From: Candidatus Aminicenantes bacterium
GTDB taxonomy: Bacteria > Acidobacteriota > Aminicenantia > Aminicenantales > Aminicenantaceae
Assembly (NCBI GenBank): GCA_011772495.1
Contig: WVZL01000032.1
Location: 13,893-77,892 of the forward strand
Reading direction: 5' to 3'
DNA: 64,000 bases
Shown here: in pieces, positions 55,634-64,000 of the stretch
How the letters are laid out: the number at the start of each line of letters is the position of its first letter
Position numbering within the stretch: the first letter of the stretch is position 1
Translations under genes and position numbers: made by a program
The notes under the pieces: model-generated
What the model saw: the letters and a program-made list of their open reading frames with translations, nothing else
Database searches by the model: none
Told to the model about the DNA's origin: nothing

Positions 55634-57112
55634 ATGCGTCAGAACCTCAAAGTGATATACGTTTCGGCTGAAGTTTCTCCTTATGCAAAATCCGGCGAAT
55701 TGGCAGATGTAGCCTCATCTCTGCCGAAGTATCTTTCCTCTCTGGGAGTAGAAGTTTCCCTCATCATGCCTAAGTACAGGTTCCCAGAGATTGATTCTCT
55801 CACCAAGGAAATCGTGTTGAGCGGACTCCAAGTTCCCTTGGGAGAAAAGAAGGTTAAGACTTGTGTCTACAAGAGCGAGCTGGGGAAGTATGATATATAT
55901 TTTATCGATAATCCCCAATATTATTGTAGAGAAAATATCTATGGGACCGAAAAGGGGGACTATCTTGATAATGACGAGCGATTTGTTTTTTTCAGCCGGG
56001 CTGTCCTGGAATTCCTCCTCAAGAGCAAAAAGCAGGTTGACCTCATCCACTGCAACAACTGGCCAACTGCTCTGATCCCTGTTTTCCTGAAAACGCATTA
56101 CTCCCAGCGAGCTCTTTTTAAAGATGTGGCCACAGTTTTGACCCTGCATAATGTGGCCTACCAGGGAGAATTCCCTCCTGAAACACTCTCTCTGACAGGA
56201 TTGAATTGGAACTATTTCAAGCCCCAACAACTCTCTTTTGGGGGGAAGTTCAATTTTCTGAAGGCAGGAGTCATTTTTTCAGATGTCCTCAACACTGTCA
56301 GTTCGACCTACAAAAGGGAAATTCAGACCAAAAAGCATGGCTTTGGACTGGAAGGATTGCTGGAGAAAAGGAGAGACGACTTTTTCAGCATTCGCAATGG
56401 TGTCGATTGCGAAACCTGGAATCCAGAGACAGATCCCTATATTATTGCCAATTATTCCCCAGCCAACCTGAAACCTAAGAAAAAGTGCAAACTGGACCTC
56501 ATCGAAGAGTTTGGTCTTCTGCTGACTGTCAGAACTCCTCTGGTGGGTATCATATCTTATCTCAGCTTCCACAAAGGATTTGATTTGTTGATTGATGTTG
56601 CAGATGAATTAATGAAAAGGGATGTTGGCCTGGTGGTCTTAGGCAAGGGGAACGAGAAATATGAGAAAGAGTTCCAGGCCATCATGCGGCGTTATCCTCG
56701 CAAGGTAGGGGTAAAACTGGAAATGAGTCCTGCCTTGGCTCATAAAGTCGCAGCCGGAGCAGACATCCTCCTAGTCCCTTCTCTGTACGAGCCCTGCGGT
56801 CTAAAGCAGATGTATAGTTTTCGCTATGGAACGGTGCCCGTGGTCAGAGCGACGGGCGGATTAGCCGAGACGGTGAGGCCTTTCAGCTACAAGACCGGGA
56901 ACGGGAATGGTTTTGTTTTCAAGGAGTATTCATCTCAAGCTTTGCTTGGGACTTTAAAGGCTGCTTTGAACTGTTACCGGCGTCCTGATCTTTGGAAGAA
57001 GGTCATGGGTAGTGGCCTCAAAGAAAATTTTTCTTGGGAAACCGCAGCCCGCAAATATGTAAGTCTCTACCGAAGAGCTTTGGAAGTCAAAAGAGGAGGT
57101 CAAATTGGCTGA
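55634..57112 (+). CDS. glgA: Glycogen synthase (ADP-glucose type, GT5)
   Basis: 492 aa: KVIYVSAEVSPYAKSGELADV N-terminal KxGGL-like motif; C-terminal GT-B motifs (LVPSLYEPCGLKQMYSFRYGTVPVVRATGGL). Confidence 0.9.
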   Translation: MRQNLKVIYVSAEVSPYAKSGELADVASSLPKYLSSLGVEVSLIMPKYRFPEIDSLTKEIVLSGLQVPLGEKKVKTCVYKSELGKYDIYFIDNPQYYCRENIYGTEKGDYLDNDERFVFFSRAVLEFLLKSKKQVDLIHCNNWPTALIPVFLKTHYSQRALFKDVATVLTLHNVAYQGEFPPETLSLTGLNWNYFKPQQLSFGGKFNFLKAGVIFSDVLNTVSSTYKREIQTKKHGFGLEGLLEKRRDDFFSIRNGVDCETWNPETDPYIIANYSPANLKPKKKCKLDLIEEFGLLLTVRTPLVGIISYLSFHKGFDLLIDVADELMKRDVGLVVLGKGNEKYEKEFQAIMRRYPRKVGVKLEMSPALAHKVAAGADILLVPSLYEPCGLKQMYSFRYGTVPVVRATGGLAETVRPFSYKTGNGNGFVFKEYSSQALLGTLKAALNCYRRPDLWKKVMGSGLKENFSWETAARKYVSLYRRALEVKRGGQIG

Positions 57113-57431
57113 AGATATTGTATCTGTTTCGGACGACACTTTTGAAGAGGAAGTCCTAAAAGCTGAGCTTCCGGTCCTGGTAGATTTTTGGGCAGTTTGG
57201 TGTGCTCCCTGCCATGCTATAATGCCAGCCTTGGAGAGTTTGAGCCAAAATTACAAGGAGAAGATGAAAGTCGTCAAGCTGAATGTTGACGAGAACATGA
57301 AGACGCCCTCCAAGTACGGGATAACCAGCATCCCTACTCTCCTTTTTTTCAAAGAAGGAGAGCTGAAAGAGACCTTGGTGGGGGTTCATTCCCAGGATAA
57401 AATCAAGAAATCTGTAGAGAAGCATCTATGA
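57105..57431 (+). CDS. trxA: Thioredoxin (active site WCAPC)
   Basis: 108 aa aligning with TrxA throughout (LVDFWAVWCAPCHAIMP...KYGITSIPTLLFFKEGE). TTG start overlaps the glgA stop. Confidence 0.85.
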   Translation: MAEDIVSVSDDTFEEEVLKAELPVLVDFWAVWCAPCHAIMPALESLSQNYKEKMKVVKLNVDENMKTPSKYGITSIPTLLFFKEGELKETLVGVHSQDKIKKSVEKHL

Positions 57432-58354
57432 ATAAAACCTTTGATGTTACCATCATAGGAGCTGGTCCGGCTGGGCTTGCAGCCGCAGTCTATACTGGAC
57501 GAGCCAGGCTCACTACGCTGGTCTTGGAAAAGGGAATGCCGGGCGGACAAATTCTCTTGACCGACTTTGTGGAGAATTATCCTGGCTTTCCTGAGGGAGT
57601 AGTTCCTTTCGAACTCATGGAGAATTTCAAGAAACATGCTGAAAAATTCGGAGCCAAAATAGGAACAGACGAGGTTAAAGAGATACGCAAGAAAGACAAT
57701 CTTTGGAATGTCGTGGGAAATAAGGAAGAATATCTTGCTAAAGCCGTGATTGTCGCCGCTGGGTCAAGTTACAGCAAGCTGGGGGTGCCTAAGGAAGAGG
57801 AGTTGACAGGTAAGGGAGTTTCCTTCTGCGCGACTTGTGATGGAGCTTTCTTCAAGGATAAAGAGGTGGGAGTTGTTGGTGGTGGAGACAACGCTCTTAC
57901 TGAAGCTCTCTTCTTGACAAAATTTTGCCAGAAAGTCACCCTTATCCACCGCCGCGATCAGTTTCGAGCTGAGAAAATCCTCCAGGAAAGGATTGAAGCC
58001 AACGACAAGATAGAGGTTTTATTAAATACGACCGTTCAGGAGATCCAGGGTGAAGACAGATTTGACTCCGTTGTGGTCAAGAATGTCAAGACAAACGAGA
58101 TTTTAGAGCTAAAATTCGATGGACTTTTTGTCTCTATCGGGACTGATCCCAATACTGGTTTTGTGAAAGGATTGCTGGATCTGGATGAGAGGGGCAAAAT
58201 AAAAGTCGGGCCGTCGATGAGGACTTCTCAGCCCGGAATTTTCGCGGCCGGAGATGTGACCAATGCCTGTCCAGAACAGATGGCCGTGGCCGTGGGCAGC
58301 GGAGTGATTGCTGCCTTATCGGTAGATGAATATATAAGTAACCTCGAGTCATAG
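57428..58354 (+). CDS. trxB: Thioredoxin-disulfide reductase
   Basis: 308 aa. FAD GxGxxG (IIGAGPAGLAAAVY), redox CATCDG, NADPH site GGGDNALTEA. Confidence 0.95.
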   Translation: MNKTFDVTIIGAGPAGLAAAVYTGRARLTTLVLEKGMPGGQILLTDFVENYPGFPEGVVPFELMENFKKHAEKFGAKIGTDEVKEIRKKDNLWNVVGNKEEYLAKAVIVAAGSSYSKLGVPKEEELTGKGVSFCATCDGAFFKDKEVGVVGGGDNALTEALFLTKFCQKVTLIHRRDQFRAEKILQERIEANDKIEVLLNTTVQEIQGEDRFDSVVVKNVKTNEILELKFDGLFVSIGTDPNTGFVKGLLDLDERGKIKVGPSMRTSQPGIFAAGDVTNACPEQMAVAVGSGVIAALSVDEYISNLES

Positions 58355-58361
58355 TCGAGAG

Positions 58362-59426
58362 TTACTTGGACTTTATCATTCTTTCTAATTCTTCAATTTT
58401 TGTCTTCAAGGATTTCACTGTTTTAAGCAGCTCGGGGATTTGAGGCAGTGAGGCTACGATTTTCATGTATTTTCTGATATCCAACTGAGGGCTTCCGCCG
58501 ACAATGGTCCCGGCCGGAAGGTCTTTCATAATTCCTGCCTGGGCTGCCATCTGAACGTTGTCCCCGATGTTCAAATGATCAGCCACCCCGGCTTGGCCTC
58601 CCATTACGACCTTCTTCCCCAGCTTTGAACTGCCGGCTATTCCTGCCTGCCCGGCCAGGAAGCTGTTCTCTCCGATTTCAACGTTATGGGCGACTTGAAC
58701 GAGGTTGTCTATCTTAGTGCCCTTCTTGATGATCGTTTCTCCTAAGGCAGCGCGGTCTATGGCGGTATTGGCTCCGATTTCCACCTTGTCTTCGATTATG
58801 ACTGTTCCTGTTTGAGGGATTTTTACAGGGGAGCCGGCTTTATCCTGAAGATAGCCAAATCCGTCAGAGCCGATCACAGCTCCATTGTGAACGATGACCT
58901 CATTCCCTAGGCGGACCCCTTCTCGAAGAGAAACGCCAGAATGGATAACAGTGCGCTCTCCGATTTTTACCTTAGGATAAACAGCCACTAAGGGAAAGAT
59001 GATACTTTGGGCGCCAATTTCTGCTTCTTCTCCTATGTAAGAGTAGGCACCGATGGAAACATCTTTTCCGATTTTGGCTGATAAAGAAACAAAGGCCGTA
59101 GGATGGATTCCGGGCCTAGGGAGATACTGCTGGTAGAAAAATTCGACACCCTTGATGAAGGCTAGATAAGGATTCTCGGATCGAATGACAGGGATCCTGT
59201 CGAATTTTTCATCGGCGGGAATGATGACCGCTGAGGCCTTGGTTTTTTCTAAGTATGGACGATATTGGCGGTGTGACAGAAAGGAAAACTCACCTTTTTG
59301 AGCCCTTTCTAAGCTGTTGAAGCCATGGATTTCTGTGCTTCCTTCTCCTTCAAAAGGGCAGTTCAGGAGCCGGGCTAATTCTTTGACTGTCATCCTTGGC
59401 GGATGGCTTTTAGGTTGCTTTTTCAT
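58362..59426 (-). CDS. lpxD: UDP-3-O-(3-hydroxyacyl)glucosamine N-acyltransferase
   Basis: 354 aa. N-terminal LpxD domain; left-handed beta-helix hexapeptide repeats ([36 protein letters not shown]); C-terminal helical extension. Confidence 0.85.
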   Translation of the reverse strand: MKKQPKSHPPRMTVKELARLLNCPFEGEGSTEIHGFNSLERAQKGEFSFLSHRQYRPYLEKTKASAVIIPADEKFDRIPVIRSENPYLAFIKGVEFFYQQYLPRPGIHPTAFVSLSAKIGKDVSIGAYSYIGEEAEIGAQSIIFPLVAVYPKVKIGERTVIHSGVSLREGVRLGNEVIVHNGAVIGSDGFGYLQDKAGSPVKIPQTGTVIIEDKVEIGANTAIDRAALGETIIKKGTKIDNLVQVAHNVEIGENSFLAGQAGIAGSSKLGKKVVMGGQAGVADHLNIGDNVQMAAQAGIMKDLPAGTIVGGSPQLDIRKYMKIVASLPQIPELLKTVKSLKTKIEELERMIKSK

Positions 59427-60279
59427 GAATCCGCTCGTTAAGGACTGCAGCCAGTTCTGCTCCCCACAGCAGGATGACCAGAGAGAAAGAAATCCAGAGG
59501 AGAAAGAAGATGATAGAAGTTAAGGTGCCTTGTAAAAGTCTGGAGAGGACAATCCCTATGGCTGAGAAGTGAGCGACATAAAAAGCAAAGAGCCTTTTGA
59601 ATGCTTCCCAGAGCAAGGCACTTATAACTGCGGCGACGGCAGCAGCTCGAGTATGAACCTTGACTTCTGGAATAAATTTATACAGACAGAATAGGACGAA
59701 GAAAGTCAAAGCAAACGGTATGAAATATTGAATCAGGAAATTATTGACCAGAGATACAGTTTTAGGATTGATGTACTTGGCCACGATCGTGCTTTCTTTG
59801 ATGCTGCGCTGGATAGCTGTCCAGATAGCTGTTATGGCGAGAGAGACTAGCATGATGATTCCGATAGTAAACATGATGAGATATTCTATGATTCGGTTAT
59901 AGAAGAAAGATTTTTGGTAGTTGGCCTTGAAGATGAAATTAATGGAGTAGATGAGATTGGAAAAAAGGAAACTTCCTGCGACAAAGGAACCGAGCAATCC
60001 AAACCAGCCCAAGTTGGTTATGTTTTGGGAAAGGTACTGGATTCTATTGAAGAATTCGGGGTCTAACTGAACAAAGAATTCATCAGAGAAGACGTTCAGG
60101 CTCCTGAAGGCAAGTTCTGCACTCCCCAGAAGTTTGGTGGTGATAAAAGTGAAGAGAGCTACTAAAGGAATAGCACAGAGGACGGCAAAATAGGAGATAG
60201 TGACAGCAAAGTTTCCGCACCTGTCTTCACCAAACCTTTTGAAGGTCGTTCTCAAGATGTTGAAGACAGGAAGTTTCAT
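59410..60279 (-). CDS. yihY: YihY/BrkB-family inner-membrane protein
   Basis: 289 aa, six predicted TM helices. N-terminal [24 protein letters not shown] motif typical of the YihY (formerly 'RNase BN') family. Confidence 0.75.
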   Translation of the reverse strand: MKLPVFNILRTTFKRFGEDRCGNFAVTISYFAVLCAIPLVALFTFITTKLLGSAELAFRSLNVFSDEFFVQLDPEFFNRIQYLSQNITNLGWFGLLGSFVAGSFLFSNLIYSINFIFKANYQKSFFYNRIIEYLIMFTIGIIMLVSLAITAIWTAIQRSIKESTIVAKYINPKTVSLVNNFLIQYFIPFALTFFVLFCLYKFIPEVKVHTRAAAVAAVISALLWEAFKRLFAFYVAHFSAIGIVLSRLLQGTLTSIIFFLLWISFSLVILLWGAELAAVLNERIHEKAT

Positions 60280-60309
60280 TGTCTATTCAGACTTGAGACC
60301 CCGCTCTCC

Positions 60310-60660
60310 TTAAGTGAGAGGGTATTTTCCCCATTGCACCATAAGAATAATGATCGTGATCAGGAGGGCGTATATAACTAGGGTTTCTATAAGGACCAAT
60401 CCAAAGATGAGCAGGAACCGGATGTCGCGTCCAGAACCCGGATTTCTGGAGATGCCTTCACAGGCGCTACTGATGGCCTTGGCCTGGCAGTAAGCCCCGG
60501 TAGCCACCGCTAAGGTGATAATAGCTCCTCCGATGATAAGCGACCACTTGAAGAGAGATGTCCTGGCAGGATCAAGAGTGGCTTCTTGAGCCAAAAGAGG
60601 CGCGCTCAACAGGACGAGAAAAAAGAGTAATAGTCCAAAAGGCTTGAGATTCTTTTTCAT
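60310..60660 (-). CDS. atpE: F-type ATP synthase subunit c with N-terminal signal-peptide-like extension
   Basis: 116 aa. Mature part aligns with c-subunits (loop SRNPG ~ RQP; helix-2 GLVLIETLVIYAL). Gln 13 residues before the R-N-P loop plus E-T...Y spacing mimic the Q32/E65/S66/Y70 Na+-binding signature of Ilyobacter-type rotor rings. Confidence 0.8.
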   Translation of the reverse strand: MKKNLKPFGLLLFFLVLLSAPLLAQEATLDPARTSLFKWSLIIGGAIITLAVATGAYCQAKAISSACEGISRNPGSGRDIRFLLIFGLVLIETLVIYALLITIIILMVQWGKYPLT

Positions 60661-60678
60661 TCCTTTCTCCTTTTGATA

Positions 60679-61425
60679 TTAAGGTTCCTCACCATGGGCT
60701 ACAGCTCCTCCTATATAAATACAGGAAAGCAGGACAAAAACAAAGGCTTGAATGATGGCCGTAAAAATAGCTACAGCCATAAAGGGAAGAGGAAGTATGA
60801 AGGGAATTATGGAAGCGATTATGACAATCAGCAGCTCCTCGGCGAAAATATTTCCGAAGAGTCGGATGGATAGAGAAAGAGGTCTGGAGAAATGGCTGAT
60901 GACTTCGATGGGCAGAAGGAGAGGAGCAATAAGAGGAATAGGCCCGGTAAAATGCTTGAGATACTTAAAAAGACCTTGAGACTTTATTCCTTGCCAGTGA
61001 TAGTAGACAAAAACAACCAGAGCACAACCTACGGTCACGTTGAGCTTGCTCGTGGGTGACATGAAGCCAGGAGCAAGCCCCAGGATATTACTGAATAAGA
61101 TGAAAAGGCCGACGGTTCCCACCAAAGGCAAATATTTTTTTCCTTCTTCACCGACAATATCCACCAGCAAGTTTTCGAAGAATTGGATTATGAGCTCGAG
61201 GACGCTTTGGAATTTCGAGGGAATGACCTTGAGTTTTCGAGAGGAGATTCCAAAAAAGAGGATAAGGAAACACATCACTATCAAGCTCATAACGACATGA
61301 TCGGGGATGAGATGTTCAGGATTATGGACTTCGATTCCTATTGATCCCAGAAGAAAAGCAAGGGGTTTACTGAAAACCTTGTTGAAGAGGTCCACCAAGA
61401 ATAGGCTGTGCTCTAGCTCTTCCAT
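60679..61425 (-). CDS. atpB: F-type ATP synthase subunit a
   Basis: 248 aa: LSLSIRLFGNIFAEELL (conserved Arg of the stator) and five TM helices. Confidence 0.9.
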   Translation of the reverse strand: MEELEHSLFLVDLFNKVFSKPLAFLLGSIGIEVHNPEHLIPDHVVMSLIVMCFLILFFGISSRKLKVIPSKFQSVLELIIQFFENLLVDIVGEEGKKYLPLVGTVGLFILFSNILGLAPGFMSPTSKLNVTVGCALVVFVYYHWQGIKSQGLFKYLKHFTGPIPLIAPLLLPIEVISHFSRPLSLSIRLFGNIFAEELLIVIIASIIPFILPLPFMAVAIFTAIIQAFVFVLLSCIYIGGAVAHGEEP

Positions 61426-61820
61426 TTCTTTATTCTAGGCAAGGTCCTGATGGCCTCGACCAAAAAAACTAAGATAATTATCGAGAAACCAGCCATAAAG
61501 GCAATAATCTTCTCTAAAAAGAAGATGATTATAATAGAAAAGACAGCTATAATCAATAGAAGACGAAGAAGATAGCTTCCCAGCACAGACCGAAGCACTT
61601 TGCTCTTGTTGGGGTGGATCAACAACCTTGACAGAGAACTCTTGAGCCAAAAGAAGCTCGCTGCGGCCAGGATTCCTCCAGCCAGAACGAACAGACCTGT
61701 CATCACCTTAAAAAGAAAGGTGGTGATGATAGCCCCAATCAAGGACAGAAGAAAAATCTCAAGCGGAATCCGTTGAAGTATCCTTGTATCTTCTGGAGCA
61801 AGGGAGGGGGGCTTAGACAT
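61413..61820 (-). CDS. atpI: ATP synthase protein I (AtpI-like membrane protein)
   Basis: 135-aa, 4-TM hydrophobic protein immediately upstream of atpB; position and size typical of AtpI. Confidence 0.55.
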   Translation of the reverse strand: MSKPPSLAPEDTRILQRIPLEIFLLSLIGAIITTFLFKVMTGLFVLAGGILAAASFFWLKSSLSRLLIHPNKSKVLRSVLGSYLLRLLLIIAVFSIIIIFFLEKIIAFMAGFSIIILVFLVEAIRTLPRIKKWKS

Positions 61821-62037
61821 CTTTGATTTTGTTCAGGCCTCTGATCAGATTATAGAATCCCGAAGCCGTACCCAGAAGGGTGAAGATAAGCAACAGCCAG
61901 GGGTGGGTGTGGAAGAGTTTATCGAGAAGATACCCGAAGAATAAGCCTACAGCAATAGAGGAAGGCAGCATGAGCCCGAGAGAGCTCAAAAGAGCAATTT
62001 TTCGATAATTGATCTTCCAGGAAGGCTTAAAAATCAT
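61813..62037 (-). CDS. AtpZ/ATPase-gene-1 family small membrane protein
   Basis: 74-aa two-TM protein overlapping the atpI start. Matches the atpZ-atpI-atpB-atpE arrangement seen where F0 a/c genes are separated from the rest of the atp operon. Confidence 0.5.
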   Translation of the reverse strand: MIFKPSWKINYRKIALLSSLGLMLPSSIAVGLFFGYLLDKLFHTHPWLLLIFTLLGTASGFYNLIRGLNKIKDV

Positions 62038-62183
62038 GAGAGTTCAAAAATGACGCCTTTTGCAGAAAAAAGGCTACCTCCTCCTCTAAATTATTATTGG
62101 ATAAAATCTGCCTGTCAAGGGAATAAACCGTGGTTTCCTTTCAGGTTGATTTGGATGGCGGGGTTGTGTTAAATATTCTCCGT

Positions 62184-64000
62184 ATGCAAAAGAATAGAGC
62201 AGCTCTCCTTCTTTTAATTTTTCTTCTTTGTTCGGGTAGGATTTTCCCCCAAACCCAGGTGGGGTTGCCCTCAGGAGAGATCAGGATCATCGCTCAGTAT
62301 AAGGAAAAGATCAAAGAACAGATTATAGCCTCAGGTCAGGTTGAGGTTCACTATAAGAACATCAAACTATTTGCCGACCGTATCGAGCTTAACCTGGAAT
62401 CCAAGGATGTCTATGCTGAAGGCCAGGTGCTCATCCAGACACCTGATGATGTGGTGAGTTGTGAGAAGATTTTCTTCAACTTGGACAGTTCCCAGGGGAA
62501 ATTGGAAAAAGTGCACGGAATGATTCAACCCACAATTTTTTATGATGCCGAATCTGTGGAGAGAAAGGATAAAAACTTTTACAGTTTTCGGCGAGCTCGA
62601 ATCACTTCCTGCACTCAGCCCGTACCCCGATGGAGATTTTCTTGCTCCAAGGCTAATTTTAAAAAAGACGATTATATGGAGATGTGGAATTCTGTTTTTT
62701 CCATAAAGGGGATTCCTGTTTTCTATCTCCCTTATATGAGATACCCTCTCGATAAGGAGCGTTCGACTGGCTTTCTGATGCCCCAGTTGGGGTATTCAGC
62801 TCAAAAGGGCTTTTTTTTCAGTGAAAGTTTCTTTTGGGCTATCCGAAGGAACATGGATGCCACCCTTAATCTAGACTACTATTCAGCTAGAGGACTAGGA
62901 GGAGGGCTGGAGTTCAGGTATATATTTTCCGGAGGCACAACGGGGCAACTCAATCTTTACTATTTCAATTTTAAAAAGGAGCAAGAACAAGACACTCCCT
63001 CCTCAGCCCACATTATCCGCTTCAAACATAACCAGGACCTGCCTTTAGGTTTTGAGCTGGTGGCCGATGTTGACCTCCAGAGTTCTTATGATTTCTTAAG
63101 AGAATTTGACAATAACTTCAGACGCGCTGTCGTCTCCAATCGCAAGACTCAGGCTTATCTGTCCAGAGCCTGGTCTTACTATAATTTCAATATTCGGGTC
63201 TCCAGGTTTGAGACCTATTATGCCAATAAAGACGACTCGGTTATCAGGTATGACCTTCCTCAGATAAAGTTCAGCTCCTCCAAGATGAAGCTGTTCTCGC
63301 CTCTCTATTTTTCGTTTAACTCTTCTTTTGATCGCTGGGAACACGGCTGGGAGTCCGATTATGAAAAAGACGAGCAGAAGCAGTCTCAGAGCATAGCTTT
63401 TAGTCCCTCCCTGAGTCTTCCTTTCACTGAAATTCCCTGGCTTTCGGTGACAACTTCCTTGGCGGGAAATTTTAATTATTATTTTCAGAGTTATGCTCCG
63501 GGGTCCAAGGAGGTTGTTGATGAACCTCTTTTTAGTTCCAATTATGTCCTGAACGTACAATTCCTCGGGCCTGTTTTTTTCAAGATTTATCGAGATGGTG
63601 AAGACACCCCGAAATTGAAGCATATTATCGAGCCTTCCTTAACCTATACTTATGAAGTTCCTGTTGATGATCCGGAAAGGATCGTCAATTATCGACGCTA
63701 TTTTCGCTCCCATCAAATAAGATATGGTTTAACCAATCGCTTCTTGATAAAGAAAGATCAGATGCCCAGAGAAATCCTGACCATAGCTCTCGAGAATATC
63801 TATTATCTTTCTCCCGAGGAAGGTCCTTTGAATATCTACCTGGTGGACGGCGAAATTCCTGAGTTTTCTGATGTCAGAGGCACAGTAAGGTTTTATCCTG
63901 CGACTAGCTACAGTATCGATTTCTCAGGGGCTTGGAATCCTTATCACAAGACTTTCTCCAGTATCCGGTTGGGAGCTAATTTGGGTTCTTTGGCTGATTC
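62184..64000 (+). CDS. lptD: LPS-assembly protein LptD (OstA), N-terminal ~605 aa; continues beyond window end
   Basis: Manual translation from ATG 62184: signal peptide MQKNRAALLLLIFLLCSG; OstA N-terminal domain (ASGQVEVHYKNIKLFADRIELNLESKDVYAEGQVLIQ); then long beta-barrel-type sequence. No stop within the window, so absent from the ORF track; the minus ORF 63096-63623 is antisense. Confidence 0.75.
   Translation, partial: MQKNRAALLLLIFLLCSGRIFPQTQVGLPSGEIRIIAQYKEKIKEQIIASGQVEVHYKNIKLFADRIELNLESKDVYAEGQVLIQTPDDVVSCEKIFFNLDSSQGKLEKVHGMIQPTIFYDAESVERKDKNFYSFRRARITSCTQPVPRWRFSCSKANFKKDDYMEMWNSVFSIKGIPVFYLPYMRYPLDKERSTGFLMPQLGYSAQKGFFFSESFFWAIRRNMDATLNLDYYSARGLGGGLEFRYIFSGGTTGQLNLYYFNFKKEQEQDTPSSAHIIRFKHNQDLPLGFELVADVDLQSSYDFLREFDNNFRRAVVSNRKTQAYLSRAWSYYNFNIRVSRFETYYANKDDSVIRYDLPQIKFSSSKMKLFSPLYFSFNSSFDRWEHGWESDYEKDEQKQSQSIAFSPSLSLPFTEIPWLSVTTSLAGNFNYYFQSYAPGSKEVVDEPLFSSNYVLNVQFLGPVFFKIYRDGEDTPKLKHIIEPSLTYTYEVPVDDPERIVNYRRYFRSHQIRYGLTNRFLIKKDQMPREILTIALENIYYLSPEEGPLNIYLVDGEIPEFSDVRGTVRFYPATSYSIDFSGAWNPYHKTFSSIRLGANLGSLAD

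Overview
This 64-kb window is mostly a core-metabolism/housekeeping stretch of a diderm bacterial chromosome, about 47% GC, with lpxD and lptD present alongside RNase Y and an archaeal-type phosphoglycerate mutase. Recognisable blocks are: a partial RnfC-like gene at the left edge; polA; a yceD-rpmF-plsX-fabG-acpP-fabF lipid operon behind a near-consensus sigma70 promoter (fabH and fabD absent); etfBA convergent with a membrane polyferredoxin/TAT-DUF362/AmiC operon; apgM; guaA; dnaE; a glycosyltransferase pair; valS-birA-coaX; an unknown gene-rnr-SelB-winged-helix-only operon; a large orphan protein with a disordered Pro/Glu-rich tail; a P-loop NTPase (COG2403-like)-carbamate kinase-ornithine carbamoyltransferase operon; tRNA-Val; thrS-infC-rpmI-rplT-pheST-zapBA; rny-ymdB; xseAB-ispA-dxs; tlyA-nadK; glgA-trxA-trxB; lpxD, yihY and a split atpZ-atpI-atpB-atpE F0 cluster; and the start of lptD. 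No CRISPR, prophage, IS element or rRNA is visible. The hunt turned up: two families of dispersed palindromic intergenic elements, each seen twice (an 81-nt hairpin element at 24962 and 39371; a GGGGACNGTTCTAT...ATAGAACNGNCCCC pair at 5672 and 17097); a 20-nt perfect long-range inverted repeat with tandem AATAAACT repeats between fabF and etfB; a GGA-motif-rich, highly structured 430-bp non-coding region upstream of glgA; a stand-alone SelB C-terminal winged-helix protein translationally coupled to RNase R; the unusual NTPase-arcC-OTC operon without arginine deiminase; an EtfAB / membrane polyferredoxin / TAT-exported DUF362 redox neighbourhood; and infC with a probable AUU start and an aberrant 3' end overlapping rpmI.
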